DNA of 64,000 nt from an uncultured Solirubrobacterales bacterium (GTDB lineage: Bacteria; Actinomycetota; Thermoleophilia; Solirubrobacterales; 70-9). The notes below the pieces were generated by a model. That model made no database searches. It had not been told where the DNA came from and worked only from the letters and a program-made list of their open reading frames with translations. Made by a program: the position numbers and the translations under genes. The first letter of the stretch is position 1; the number at the start of each line of letters is the position of its first letter. The stretch is from positions 4,441 through 68,440 of the forward strand of contig CAVTKD010000003.1 of NCBI GenBank assembly GCA_963735235.1. Direction: 5' to 3'. Shown piece by piece: positions 24,260 through 33,301 of this stretch.

Positions 24260-25312
24260 ATGCGACTCGCCTCGGTCGAAGTCATCCCCTACGCGCTGCC
24301 CTTCCGCGAGCCCTACGTAACCGCGCGGGGCCGGCTGACACGGCGAGAGTTGGTCCTGCTGCGGCTACGCGATGAGGACGGGCTCGTCGGGCTGGGGGAA
24401 GCGGTGCCGATGTCGCTGCGCGGCGGGGCGACGCTGGTCGACGTGATGCGGGAGCTGGAGGCGCTCGACGATCTGCCTTCCCTCGATGAGTCGATGTTCG
24501 AGGGCGCCTTGGCCGGCTACTCGGCGCCGGCGCGGTGCGCCGTCTCGACTGCCCTGCTGGACCTGCGCGGCCGCCGCGCGGCAGGGGAGGCTCGACCAGG
24601 CGCGGAGCTTCCGGTGGCCTGCAACGCAACCCTGGTCGCCGGTGCACCGGCCGCCGTTGCCGCGGACGCCGCGTGCTGGGCCGAGGCGGGCTTCTCGACC
24701 TTCAAGCTGAAGCTCGGCACCGGCGACGACGTCGCTCAGGTGCGGGCCGCGCGGGAGGCCGTCGGAGCAAGCGCGCGGATCCGGGTGGATGCGAACGCCG
24801 CCTGGGATCTGGAGACCGCGAAACGGACACTGGTCGAGCTGGAGCCGTTCGGCATCGAGCTGGCCGAGCAGCCGGTGGCGACGATGGAGGAGCTCGCCGC
24901 GCTGGCGGGAGCCACCTCGATTCCCCTGGCGGCCGACGAGAGCGTCGCCAGCGCCGCGGAGGCCGAGCGGGCGGCGGCCCTCGGCGCCTGCGCCTACACC
25001 GGAATCAAGCTCTCCAAGGTCGGCGGACCGGAGCGTGCCCTGGAGATCGCCGACATCCTCCCCGCCTACGCCTCCAGCGCCCTCGACGGCCCGGTCGGGA
25101 TCGCCGCGGCGGCCCAGGTCGCCCAGACCCTCCACGACACCGACCGCCCCGAACGCCTCGACCTGGCCCACGGCCTGGCGACCCAGCGGTTGTTCGCCTC
25201 CACTGTGGCCTCGGTCGAGTGCGAGCTGCGGGACGGGATGCTGCATCTCCCGCCCGGTCCGGGACTGGGTGTGGAGATCGACGAGACGGCGCTCGACGCC
25301 CACCGGCTTTAG
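24260..25312 (+). CDS. menC: o-Succinylbenzoate synthase (enolase superfamily, MLE subgroup)
   Basis: 350 aa. Motifs: FKLKLG, RVDANAAW, LAEQP, ADES, KLSKVGG. The specific activity is inferred from the men context. Confidence 0.78.
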   Translation: MRLASVEVIPYALPFREPYVTARGRLTRRELVLLRLRDEDGLVGLGEAVPMSLRGGATLVDVMRELEALDDLPSLDESMFEGALAGYSAPARCAVSTALLDLRGRRAAGEARPGAELPVACNATLVAGAPAAVAADAACWAEAGFSTFKLKLGTGDDVAQVRAAREAVGASARIRVDANAAWDLETAKRTLVELEPFGIELAEQPVATMEELAALAGATSIPLAADESVASAAEAERAAALGACAYTGIKLSKVGGPERALEIADILPAYASSALDGPVGIAAAAQVAQTLHDTDRPERLDLAHGLATQRLFASTVASVECELRDGMLHLPPGPGLGVEIDETALDAHRL

Positions 25313-25365
25313 CCTGGCCTGGCGCTTTTCTTTCGCTATCCGACAGAAAAGCCGCCACCCCCACC

Positions 25366-27141
25366 GTGGACCCGACCAACGCCAACACCGCCCTCGCCTC
25401 AGCCTTCGTCGAGGAGCTTTCTCGGAGCGGACTGCGACACGCCGTCGTCTCCCCCGGCTCCCGCTCCACCCCGCTGGCCGTGGCGCTCTGGCGGCAGGCG
25501 GAGATCGAGGTGACGGTGATCGTCGACGAGCGCTCGGCGGCCTTCTTCGCGCTGGGGGCCGCGCAGGCGAGTGGGAATCCGGTGGCGCTGCTCTGCACCT
25601 CCGGCACCGCCGTCGCCAACTACCACCCGGCCGTGATCGAGGCCGACGAGTCGGGCCTGCCGCTGGTTGTGCTCAGCGCCGACCGGCCGCCGGAGCTGCG
25701 CGGGATCGGCGCCGGCCAGACGATCGACCAGATCAAGGTCTTCGGCTCCTCGGTGCGCTGGTTCTGCGAAGTCGGCACCCATGCCGCCGATGACGACGGG
25801 CTCCTGCACTACCGCTCGGTCGCCTGCCGGGCGCTGGCCGCGGCGCGGGGCGAGACGCGTCCGGGCCCGGTCCACCTCAACCTCCCCTGGCGGGAGCCGC
25901 TGGCGCCGGTGCCGGTCGAGGGCGCGGTGACCGCGACCGACCCGCTGGCGCTGGAGGGTCGGGAGGGCCGGCCGCTGACCGCGGTGACCCGGATCGACCT
26001 CGAGCCCTCCACGTTCCTGCTGGAGGAGATGGCGGGCCACATCGGCGACGCGATCTCGGGGGTGATCGTCGCCGGCCGCCAGCTCGACCCGGAGCTGCGC
26101 GAGCCGCTCGCCCATCTTGCTCGTGCCTCCGGCTTCCCGATCCTTGCCGAGCCGACCTCGCAGCTGCGCTGCGGGCCCCACGACCGCTCCCATGTGATCG
26201 CCGGCTACGACCTGCTGCTGCGCGACGAGCGCTTCGCCCGCTCGGTCGTCCCCGACTTCGTCCTGCGTTTCGGCGCGATGCCGACCAGCAAGCCGCTGCG
26301 AGCCTGGCTGACGGCCAGCGGCGCCAGCGAGATCGTCATCGATCCCTCCGGCGGCTGGAACGAGCCGACCAACCGCGCCGCGGCGATCCTGCGGGCCGAC
26401 CCGACCGAGCTCGCCGCGGGCTGGGCGACGCGCCTGGAGAAGGAACCCCGCGCCGCGCCCGGGGCCTGGATTGCGGCCGAGGCCGCTGCACAGGCGGCGC
26501 TCGACGGCGAACTGGGGAGCGCGGGCTCGGATACCGGGAGCGATGGGGCAGCGATCTCGGAGCCCGCCCTGCACCGTGCCCTCGGTGCCGCCCACCGCGA
26601 CGGCGACCTCGTCTTCACCGCCTCGAGCATGCCGATCCGCGACCAGGAGACCTTCCTCGCCACCGGTGATACCGACGCACTGTTCCTCTGCAACCGCGGC
26701 ACCAACGGCATCGATGGCCTCGTCTCCTCCGGAATCGGCGCCGCCCGGGTGAGCGCCCGCCCGACCACGATCGTCACCGGCGACCTCGGCCTGCTCCACG
26801 ACATCGGCGGCCTCGCCGCCCTGCGCGACGTCTCCACTCCGGTCCGCATCGTCGTCATCGACAACGGCGGCGGCGGCATCTTCCACTTCCTGCCACAGGA
26901 GCGGGCGCTCGGCGGCGAGGAGTTCGAGGCGCTGCTCGGGACCCCCCGCGGCATCGACGTCGCCAAGACTGCCGCCCTCTTCGACCTCCCCCACCGCCGC
27001 CTCGAATCCCTCGCCGACCTCCCCGGAGCGCTCGCCGCCGGCACCGGCCTGATCGCGGTCAAGACCAACCGCGGCACCAACGTCGCATCCCACCGCCACC
27101 TCCAAGAGCGCGTCCTAGCCGCTCTCGCCCAGCTGCGCTGA
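25366..27141 (+). CDS. menD: SEPHCHC synthase (2-succinyl-5-enolpyruvyl-6-hydroxy-3-cyclohexene-1-carboxylate synthase)
   Basis: The 868-aa ORF is trimmed to the GTG at 25366 (VDPTNANTALASAFVEEL). ThDP-enzyme motifs: SPGSRSTPLA, DERSAAFFALG, CTSGTAVANYHPAV, SADRP.ELR, GDLGLLHD, IVVIDNGGGGIF. Confidence 0.88.
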   Translation: MDPTNANTALASAFVEELSRSGLRHAVVSPGSRSTPLAVALWRQAEIEVTVIVDERSAAFFALGAAQASGNPVALLCTSGTAVANYHPAVIEADESGLPLVVLSADRPPELRGIGAGQTIDQIKVFGSSVRWFCEVGTHAADDDGLLHYRSVACRALAAARGETRPGPVHLNLPWREPLAPVPVEGAVTATDPLALEGREGRPLTAVTRIDLEPSTFLLEEMAGHIGDAISGVIVAGRQLDPELREPLAHLARASGFPILAEPTSQLRCGPHDRSHVIAGYDLLLRDERFARSVVPDFVLRFGAMPTSKPLRAWLTASGASEIVIDPSGGWNEPTNRAAAILRADPTELAAGWATRLEKEPRAAPGAWIAAEAAAQAALDGELGSAGSDTGSDGAAISEPALHRALGAAHRDGDLVFTASSMPIRDQETFLATGDTDALFLCNRGTNGIDGLVSSGIGAARVSARPTTIVTGDLGLLHDIGGLAALRDVSTPVRIVVIDNGGGGIFHFLPQERALGGEEFEALLGTPRGIDVAKTAALFDLPHRRLESLADLPGALAAGTGLIAVKTNRGTNVASHRHLQERVLAALAQLR

Positions 27142-27159
27142 AGAGGGACCGGGGAACGC

Positions 27160-28254
27160 TCAGCAGCTGATCGATCCGGCCTCGCGGCCGGGACCGGGCT
27201 GCCAGGCAACCCCGTACAGGGCGACCCGGCGCAGGGAGAGGACCTCGGTGGGACAGCTGCCGTCGGCGTTGACCTGGGCGATCGCGTTGCCGAAGGGAAA
27301 TAGCCCGTCGAGCTCTGGGACGAAGCCGGTGCTGCCTCGCGCCCTGACGTAGGCGATTCGATCTCCCGATGGGTCCCAGCTCGGCGCCGACTCGAGGATC
27401 CCCTTGCTGCGGGTCAGGCGTTTCAGACCGCTGCCGTCGACGCCCACCGTGTAGATCTCGCCGGCGGCGTAGTCGTGGTTCTCTTCGGCATGCACGGTGT
27501 CACGATCGCCGTAGCCGACGAACGCGACCCGGGAGCCGTCGGGCGAGAACGCGGGTTCGGCACCAAGCTGGACCAGCTCCGCAGCCGGCCGGCCGTCAAG
27601 CGGTGCCAGCATCACCCGCGGGCCGTCGAGCCGATCGTCGCGCACGGTCATCGCCAGCACGCTCCCATCCGGAGAGAACGAGCCGGGAGTGCTTTCGAGG
27701 CCGTTACGCCAGTCGGTGAGACGACGCGGGCGGCCGCCGCCGAGATCGCCAAGCCAGATCGTGGCGCTGGAGTAGAACCTCGTCTTGAGCGGATTCTTGG
27801 GGTTGATGTGGGCACGGAATCTGGTGCGGGAGAAGGCAACCGTGTGGCCGTCCGGGGAGAGAACAGGTTCGGTTCCGTTCTTCGTCCCCGCGACCGGCCG
27901 CAGCCCACCGCCGTCAGCGTCGATGACGTAGATCTGCTTGACCTTGCCGCTGGAGCCAGCGAACGCGAGCAGACTCCCGTCCGCAGACCAGCTCGGCCCA
28001 TTGAACGGCACCGGCCCCACCTCGCCGCCGCGGGCTTCAAACGGAACATCGAGCAACGACCGCCGCTGTGCACCCGAGGGACCGAACGTCCGCAGCGACA
28101 GCCTCGAAGGATCCCTTTCGCTCTCGTCCTTGCGCTTGATGTCGGTCAGCAAGACCGTCGCCAGCCGCGGCCCCGCGGGCCCCTCGGCAAAAGCACTCCC
28201 AGGCATGAGTAACGCCAGCAGCACCAGGCAGGCCGCGAGGCATCGGGAGAACAT
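27160..28254 (-). CDS. Secreted TolB-like beta-propeller protein (PD40/WD40-like repeats)
   Basis: Trimmed to MFSRCLAACLVLLALLMPGSAFA (signal peptide). PD40-like repeats: PSWSADGSLLAF, PVLSPDGHTVAF, GSFSPDGSVLA, PAFSPDGSRVAF, PSWDPSGDRIAY. Confidence 0.7.
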   Translation of the reverse strand: MFSRCLAACLVLLALLMPGSAFAEGPAGPRLATVLLTDIKRKDESERDPSRLSLRTFGPSGAQRRSLLDVPFEARGGEVGPVPFNGPSWSADGSLLAFAGSSGKVKQIYVIDADGGGLRPVAGTKNGTEPVLSPDGHTVAFSRTRFRAHINPKNPLKTRFYSSATIWLGDLGGGRPRRLTDWRNGLESTPGSFSPDGSVLAMTVRDDRLDGPRVMLAPLDGRPAAELVQLGAEPAFSPDGSRVAFVGYGDRDTVHAEENHDYAAGEIYTVGVDGSGLKRLTRSKGILESAPSWDPSGDRIAYVRARGSTGFVPELDGLFPFGNAIAQVNADGSCPTEVLSLRRVALYGVAWQPGPGREAGSISC

Positions 28255-28302
28255 CGGCGGAGCCTCCCCGCTGTTGCTCCGCCGATGTTCTCCCGATGCC
28301 TC
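28237..28302. repeat. Perfect 24-bp inverted repeat with an 18-nt spacer, spanning the TolB-like start codon just downstream of the menF stop
   Basis: GAGGCATCGGGAGAACATCGGCGG (28237-28260) and its exact reverse complement CCGCCGATGTTCTCCCGATGCCTC (28279-28302). The spacer (minus strand) contains GGGGAGG. Confidence 0.95.
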
Positions 28303-28307
28303 CATGG

Positions 28308-29693
28308 CTACTCGGCCAGCAGCGGTAGGAGCGCCTGCAGCTTTACCTCAGTCTCCGCCAACTCCGCGGCCGGATCCGACCCGGCGACGACGCCGACGCC
28401 GGCGAAGAGGTGGGCCTCGCGGTCGCGGAGCAGGGCGCTGCGCAGGGCGACGCAGAACTCGCCGTCCTCGGTCGCGTCCATCCAGCCGACCGGGCCGGCG
28501 TACCAGCCACGGTCCATGCCCTCGAGGTCGGCGATCGCGCCCGCCGCCTCGGGCCAGGGCTCGCCGCCGACCGCCGGTGTCGGGTGCAGCATCCCGGCCA
28601 GCTCGATCGCCGAGTGCGGCTCGGCCAGCTGGGCGATCACCGGCGTCGCCAGGTGCTGGATGTTTGCGATCTTGACGATCTCCGGCTCGGCCGCGGCCTC
28701 GACCCAGACGGCGTGCGGGCGCAGGGCGCGGACGATGCGCTTGGAGACGATCCGCTGCTCGCGGCGGTCCTTGTCGCTGCGCAGCAGTTGCTCGCCGAGG
28801 TGGTCGTCGACGGCGGGGTCGGAGCTGCGGCGGGTCGAGCCGGCGAGGGCGACGGTGGAGACGCTGGCGCCCGAGCGCCGCACCAGCAGCTCCGGGCTGG
28901 CGCCGATGAAGGCAGCCTCGGGTGTGCCGACGCAGAAGCAGAAGCAGGCCGGGAACTGCTCGCGCATGGCGCCGAAGAGGGCGGCCGGGTCGTGGGCGGC
29001 GGCGGCGCTGACGACCACCTCGCGGGCGAGCACGACCTTGCTCATCTCCCCGGCGCCGATCCGGTCTGTGGCGGCGGCGACGGTGGCTTCGAAGTCTCCC
29101 GGCGGGCGGGCGCTGCGGATCTCCGCGCGGGCGGTCGGGTGCGGGTCGAGCATCGGCAGCGGGGCGTCGCCACGCAGGCCGGCGAGCCTGGCGCTCAGCG
29201 CCGCACCCCTGTCCCCCGCGTCGTCCCCGGGATGGAGGACGGCGTTGACGGTGAGGAAGGCGCGCTCGCCGCTGCGGCAGAGCGAGAGCTCGGGCAGGAC
29301 CAGCGAGCCCGGCGAGAGTGAGGACCAGGTCGAGGATGAGCCGCCCTCGGCGTCGAAGGCGAAGCCGCCGAGCCAGACCGGCCCGGCGCCGGCCGGCAGC
29401 CCGCGCGGCTCGTCGAGGACCGCGTCCCGGCCCGTCCGCAGGCACTCATCGGCGACGTCGGCGAACCGCGCGTCCCCCCGCGAGGCTGCCTCATAGGCGA
29501 CACCGAGCCCGGCGAGCGCAAAGCCGCGATCGGGCTGCTCCCAGCAGAACCAGCGATCGGAGGCGAGGCGCGAGGCGAAGACCACCGCGCAGGGATCGGC
29601 GACGTCAACCTCGGCGGTGACGCTGACGAGGGTGCGCCGGCCGCGCCGGGCCCCCTCGGCAAGTGCGGCTAGGAGGGTCTCAGTCGCTACCAC
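28308..29693 (-). CDS. menF: Isochorismate synthase
   Basis: 461 aa. Chorismate-binding family motifs: SKVVLAR, FIGASPELLV, AGSTRR, HPTPAVGG, GWYAGPVGW, and GVGVVAGSDP near the C-terminus. Confidence 0.85.
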   Translation of the reverse strand: MVATETLLAALAEGARRGRRTLVSVTAEVDVADPCAVVFASRLASDRWFCWEQPDRGFALAGLGVAYEAASRGDARFADVADECLRTGRDAVLDEPRGLPAGAGPVWLGGFAFDAEGGSSSTWSSLSPGSLVLPELSLCRSGERAFLTVNAVLHPGDDAGDRGAALSARLAGLRGDAPLPMLDPHPTARAEIRSARPPGDFEATVAAATDRIGAGEMSKVVLAREVVVSAAAAHDPAALFGAMREQFPACFCFCVGTPEAAFIGASPELLVRRSGASVSTVALAGSTRRSSDPAVDDHLGEQLLRSDKDRREQRIVSKRIVRALRPHAVWVEAAAEPEIVKIANIQHLATPVIAQLAEPHSAIELAGMLHPTPAVGGEPWPEAAGAIADLEGMDRGWYAGPVGWMDATEDGEFCVALRSALLRDREAHLFAGVGVVAGSDPAAELAETEVKLQALLPLLAE

Positions 29694-30228
29694 GGGCGAT
29701 GGCTATCTCTCCCGTGCGGACCATTTCGACCAGCCCGTGAGGGCGGATCATGCGCTCGAAGGCCTCGATCTTGTCGGCGGAGCCGGTCACCTCGATCGTC
29801 ATCGTGCGGCGGGCGACGTCGACGATCTTGGCCCGGAAGATCTCCGCGAACTGGATGATCTCGGCCCGGTTCTCGACCGCCGAGGAGACCTTGAACAGGG
29901 CCATCTCCCTGGCCACCGTCTCCTCCGGCTCCATGTCGCGGATCTTGAGCACGTTGACGAGCTTGTGCAGCTGCTTGGTCACCTGGTCGATCGGGTGCAC
30001 GGCGCCGTCGAGGGTCAGGGTCACGCGCGAGACGCTGGGGTCGTCGGTGGGCCCGACGGCGAGCGTGTCGATGTTGAATCCGCGCCGCGAGAAGAGGCCG
30101 GCGATGCGCGCGAGCACGCCCGGCTTGTTCTCGACCTGGATCGAAAGTATGTGCTTGCGCCCGCTCAGCTGCCCCGGCAGGTGCAGGTCCTCGAGCTTGA
30201 CCGCCTGGGGAGTGCCAGCCTCCATCAT
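29680..30228 (-). CDS. ilvN: Acetolactate synthase small (regulatory) subunit
   Basis: ACT domain HILSIQVENKPGVLARIAGLFSRRGFNIDTLAVGPT plus the C-terminal ALS_ss_C region. The start is set at the ATG 30226-30228. A TTG at 30285 is an alternative. Confidence 0.85.
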   Translation of the reverse strand: MMEAGTPQAVKLEDLHLPGQLSGRKHILSIQVENKPGVLARIAGLFSRRGFNIDTLAVGPTDDPSVSRVTLTLDGAVHPIDQVTKQLHKLVNVLKIRDMEPEETVAREMALFKVSSAVENRAEIIQFAEIFRAKIVDVARRTMTIEVTGSADKIEAFERMIRPHGLVEMVRTGEIAIARGSD

Positions 30229-30327
30229 GAGCCCCCTGACCAAGCAGACCAAGGACGCAGGGAGCGCCGTGTGCTCTGCACACAAGCGACCGAGGACGCA
30301 GGTATGCGCCGCGTCAGGGGGCTCATG
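30226..30327. repeat. Structured ilvB-ilvN spacer: 15-bp perfect inverted repeat enclosing two 15-nt direct repeats and a central hairpin
   Basis: The inverted repeat is CATGAGCCCCCTGAC (30226-30240) / GTCAGGGGGCTCATG (30313-30327). The direct repeats are GACCAAGGACGCAGG (30247-30261) / GACCGAGGACGCAGG (30288-30302). The hairpin is GTGTGC-TCT-GCACAC (30269-30283). Confidence 0.95.
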
Positions 30328-32023
30328 GGCGCACCGCCTTCGGCGCCTCGACCATGTCGCGGGCGGCCTGACCCGGGGCGATCATCGGGTAGACGTTCTC
30401 CTCCTGGGCGACGCGCACGTCGAGCAGCACCGGGCCCTCGGTCTCCAGCGCCCTGACCATCGTCTCCTCGAGGTCGGCGGAATTCTCGCAGCGCATGCCG
30501 GTGGCGCCGAAGGCCTCGGCCAGCTTCACCCAATCGGGACTGGCGCCCATCTCGACCGAGCTGTAGCGGCGATCCCAGAACAGCTCCTGCCACTGGCGGA
30601 CCATGCCCATGTAGCCGTTGTTCATGAGGAAGACCTTGACCGGGATCTTCTCGGTGACGCAGGTGGCGAGCTCCTGCACGTTCATGATCAGACTGCCGTC
30701 GCCGGCCAGGCAGACCACGCTCTCGTCCGGGCAGGCGACCTTGGCGCCGACCGCCGAGGGCAGGCCGAAGCCCATCGTGCCGAGCCCGCCGGAGTTGATC
30801 CAGCGCCGCGGCTTGTCGAAGCCGTAGTACTGGGCGGCCCACATCTGGTGCTGGCCGACGTCGGAGGTGACGATCGCGTCGCCCTGGGTCGCGCGGTGCA
30901 TCGCCTCGATCATGAACTGGGGCTTGATCTCTCCGTCCTTGCCGGGCTCGTAGAAGAGCGGGTGCCCGTCCTGCCAGCCGCGGATCTGGCTCCACCAGGG
31001 ATCCAGGCGCGAGGAGTCGGTTTGCAGCGCCCGGTACTCGCGGGTCAGTTTCGGCAGCACCAGCTTGACGTCGCCGACGATCGGGATGTGGGCGCCGACG
31101 TTCTTGGAGATCTCCGCCGGGTCGACGTCGATGTGGATGATCTTGGCGTGCGGGGCGAACTCGGCGAGCTTGCCGGTGATGCGGTCATCGAAGCGGGCGC
31201 CGATCGCGACGATCAGGTCCGCCTGGTCCATCGCCGTGTTGGCGGTGAAGGTGCCGTGCATCCCGAGCATGCCGAGCCAGTTCTCGCCCGAGGCCGGGTA
31301 GGCGCCGAGGCCCATCAGGGTCGAGGTGATCGGGAAGCGGTCGGAGGCCGCCAGCTCGCGCAGCTCCTCGGAGGCGTTGGCGTTGATGACGCCGCCGCCG
31401 CTGTAGAAGATCGGCCGGCGCGCGTTGGCGAGCGCTTTGGCGGCGATCCGGATCTGTTTGATGTTGCCCTCGGTCGAGGGCTTGTAGCCGGCCAGCTCGA
31501 CCGGCTCGGTGCGCGGCGCGTAGTCGATGTCGGCGCGCGAGAGGTCCTGCGGGATGTCGAGCAGGACCGGCCCCGGGCGCCCGGTCGAGGCGACGTGGAA
31601 GGCCTCGTGGACGTACTCGGGGATCTGGCGGGCGTCGGTGACCTGGAAGGAGTGCTTCACGAAGGGCAGCGTGGCGCCGAGGATGTCGGCCTCCTGGAAG
31701 CCGTCGGTGCCGATCAGCTCGGTGCGGACCTGGCCGGTGATGAAGACGGTCGGGACCGAGTCCAGCATCGCGTCGGCGATCGCCGTGACCAGGTTGGTCG
31801 CGCCAGGGCCCGAGGTGGCGAAGGCGACCCCGACCCGGCCCGAGGCCTTGGCGTAGCCCTCGGCGGCGTGGCCGCCACCCTGCTCGTGGCGCACCTGGAC
31901 GTGGCGGAAGTCGGCGTCGACCATCGCGTCGTAGGTCGGCAGGTTCGCCCCACCGGGGATCCCGAAGACGTCCTTGACGCCCTCGGCCTTGAGCGATTCC
32001 ATCAGCGTGTCCGCGGCTCTCAT
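30323..32023 (-). CDS. ilvB: Acetolactate synthase large (catalytic) subunit
   Basis: 566 aa. ThDP-enzyme motifs: GIPGGANLP, HEQGGGHAAEGYA, TSGPGATNLVT, GLGTMGFGLPSAVGAK, GDGSLIMNVQEL, NNGYMGMVRQWQ. Confidence 0.95.
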   Translation of the reverse strand: MRAADTLMESLKAEGVKDVFGIPGGANLPTYDAMVDADFRHVQVRHEQGGGHAAEGYAKASGRVGVAFATSGPGATNLVTAIADAMLDSVPTVFITGQVRTELIGTDGFQEADILGATLPFVKHSFQVTDARQIPEYVHEAFHVASTGRPGPVLLDIPQDLSRADIDYAPRTEPVELAGYKPSTEGNIKQIRIAAKALANARRPIFYSGGGVINANASEELRELAASDRFPITSTLMGLGAYPASGENWLGMLGMHGTFTANTAMDQADLIVAIGARFDDRITGKLAEFAPHAKIIHIDVDPAEISKNVGAHIPIVGDVKLVLPKLTREYRALQTDSSRLDPWWSQIRGWQDGHPLFYEPGKDGEIKPQFMIEAMHRATQGDAIVTSDVGQHQMWAAQYYGFDKPRRWINSGGLGTMGFGLPSAVGAKVACPDESVVCLAGDGSLIMNVQELATCVTEKIPVKVFLMNNGYMGMVRQWQELFWDRRYSSVEMGASPDWVKLAEAFGATGMRCENSADLEETMVRALETEGPVLLDVRVAQEENVYPMIAPGQAARDMVEAPKAVRP

Positions 32024-32048
32024 CGGACTGGCGATGGTACCAGTGGGG

Positions 32049-33224
32049 CTACGCCTGGCCTGCAGGCGATTTCGCCGGGTTCCAGCGGGTGCGCGGGTTG
32101 ATCGAGGCCTCGATCGCGTTGCCCTTGTGGCGCTCGATCGTGTGCAGCATCGACTCGACCAGCTCCTCGCCCAGCAGGGCGGGCTCGAGGCCGAGGTCGA
32201 GCAGCTTGGTGTGGACCGCGTTGTAGTAGTGCTCTTCCTTCTCCACCCGCGGGTTCTCGAAGTGCTCGATCTCGACCGTGTAGCCGAGGTGCTCGCCGGC
32301 GTCTTTGACCAGCCCGGCCAGCTCCAGCACCGAGAACTGCTCGGTGAACTGGTTGAAGACGCGGAAGTCGCCGCGCTCGGCCGGGTTGGCGACCGCCAGC
32401 TCGACGCAGGCGAGGGTGTCGCGGATGTTGAGGAAGCCGCGGGTCTGGTGGCCGGCGCCGTAGACGGTCAGCGGGTGGCCGATGACCGCCTGCAGGCAGA
32501 AGCGGTTGAGCACGGTGCCGAAGATCTCGTCGTAGTCGAAGCGGGTGATCAGGCGCTCGTCGCCGGCGGTCTCCTCGGTCTCGATCCCGTAGACGACGCC
32601 CTGGTTGAGGTCGGTCGCGCGCAGCCCCCAGACCCGGCAGGCGAAGTGAATGTTGGTCGAATCGTGGACCTTCGAGCAGTGGTAGAGCGAGGCCGGCAGC
32701 TTCGGGAACGGCAGCGTGTCCCTGCGCCCCTTGTGCTCGATCTCGATGTAGCCCTCCTCGATGTCGATGTCGGGCTGGCCGTACTCGCCCATCGTCCCCA
32801 GCTTGACCAGGTGGCAGTCGGGGACGTGGTCGCGGATCGCGAAGAGCAGGTTGAGGTTGCCGATCACGTTGGCGTACTGGGTCTCGACCGCCTTCTGGCG
32901 CGAGGCCATCGAGTAGGGCGCCGAGGCCTGCTGGCCGTAGTGGACGACCGCCTCGGGCATCGTCTCGGCGACGACGCCGTCGAGGAAGTCGCCGTCCTGG
33001 ACCGAGCCGACGAAGCTGCGGATCTCCTTGCCGGAGATCTCCTTCCAGGCGGCGATGCGCTTGTCGAGGTCGCCGATCGGGGTCAGCGAGGCCGTCCCCG
33101 CCTCCTCGTGCCAGCGGCGGCGGGAGAAGTCGTCGAGGACCGTTACGTCGTGGCCACGGGCGGAGAACCTGAGGGCCGTCGGCCAGCCCAGGTAGCCGTC
33201 GCCCCCAAGGATGAGGATTCGCAT
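32049..33224 (-). CDS. sqdB: UDP-sulfoquinovose synthase (SQD1/SqdB/Agl3 family)
   Basis: 391 aa, collinear by eye with plant SQD1 over almost the full length. Shared stretches: GGDGY.GW, SAPYSM, HLVKLGTMGEYG.P.IDIEEGYI, YH.SKVHDS, RATDLNQGVVYG, LNRFC.QA..GHPLTVYG.G.QTRG, FRVFNQFTEQFSV.ELA, NPRVE.EEHYYNA.HTKL..LGLEP. Confidence 0.9.
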   Translation of the reverse strand: MRILILGGDGYLGWPTALRFSARGHDVTVLDDFSRRRWHEEAGTASLTPIGDLDKRIAAWKEISGKEIRSFVGSVQDGDFLDGVVAETMPEAVVHYGQQASAPYSMASRQKAVETQYANVIGNLNLLFAIRDHVPDCHLVKLGTMGEYGQPDIDIEEGYIEIEHKGRRDTLPFPKLPASLYHCSKVHDSTNIHFACRVWGLRATDLNQGVVYGIETEETAGDERLITRFDYDEIFGTVLNRFCLQAVIGHPLTVYGAGHQTRGFLNIRDTLACVELAVANPAERGDFRVFNQFTEQFSVLELAGLVKDAGEHLGYTVEIEHFENPRVEKEEHYYNAVHTKLLDLGLEPALLGEELVESMLHTIERHKGNAIEASINPRTRWNPAKSPAGQA

Positions 33225-33301
33225 AGGCGCGGCAGCGTAGCTGACGGAGGCGATGCCAAGGGGAGCCGGGAACGCCGTCGTGGCGCCATAGCATCCGCCC
33301 G

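Noticed and set aside
24535-25365. 5' extension of the menD ORF (868 aa) overlapping menC
   Set aside because: The extension is Arg/Gly/Pro-rich nonsense in an alternative frame of menC. MenD homology begins at VDPTNANTALASAFVEEL.
28285-29496. 403-aa plus ORF beginning MFSRCL
   Set aside because: The MFSRCL start is a mirror image produced by the 24-bp inverted repeat. The remainder is antisense to menF.
30225-30326. 33-codon ORF bridging ilvB and ilvN with ATGA overlaps at both ends
   Set aside because: Not called as a CDS. Third-position G+C is only about 22/33 by my count, far below neighbouring genes, and the sequence is dominated by the repeat structure. It is kept as part of the spacer finding only.
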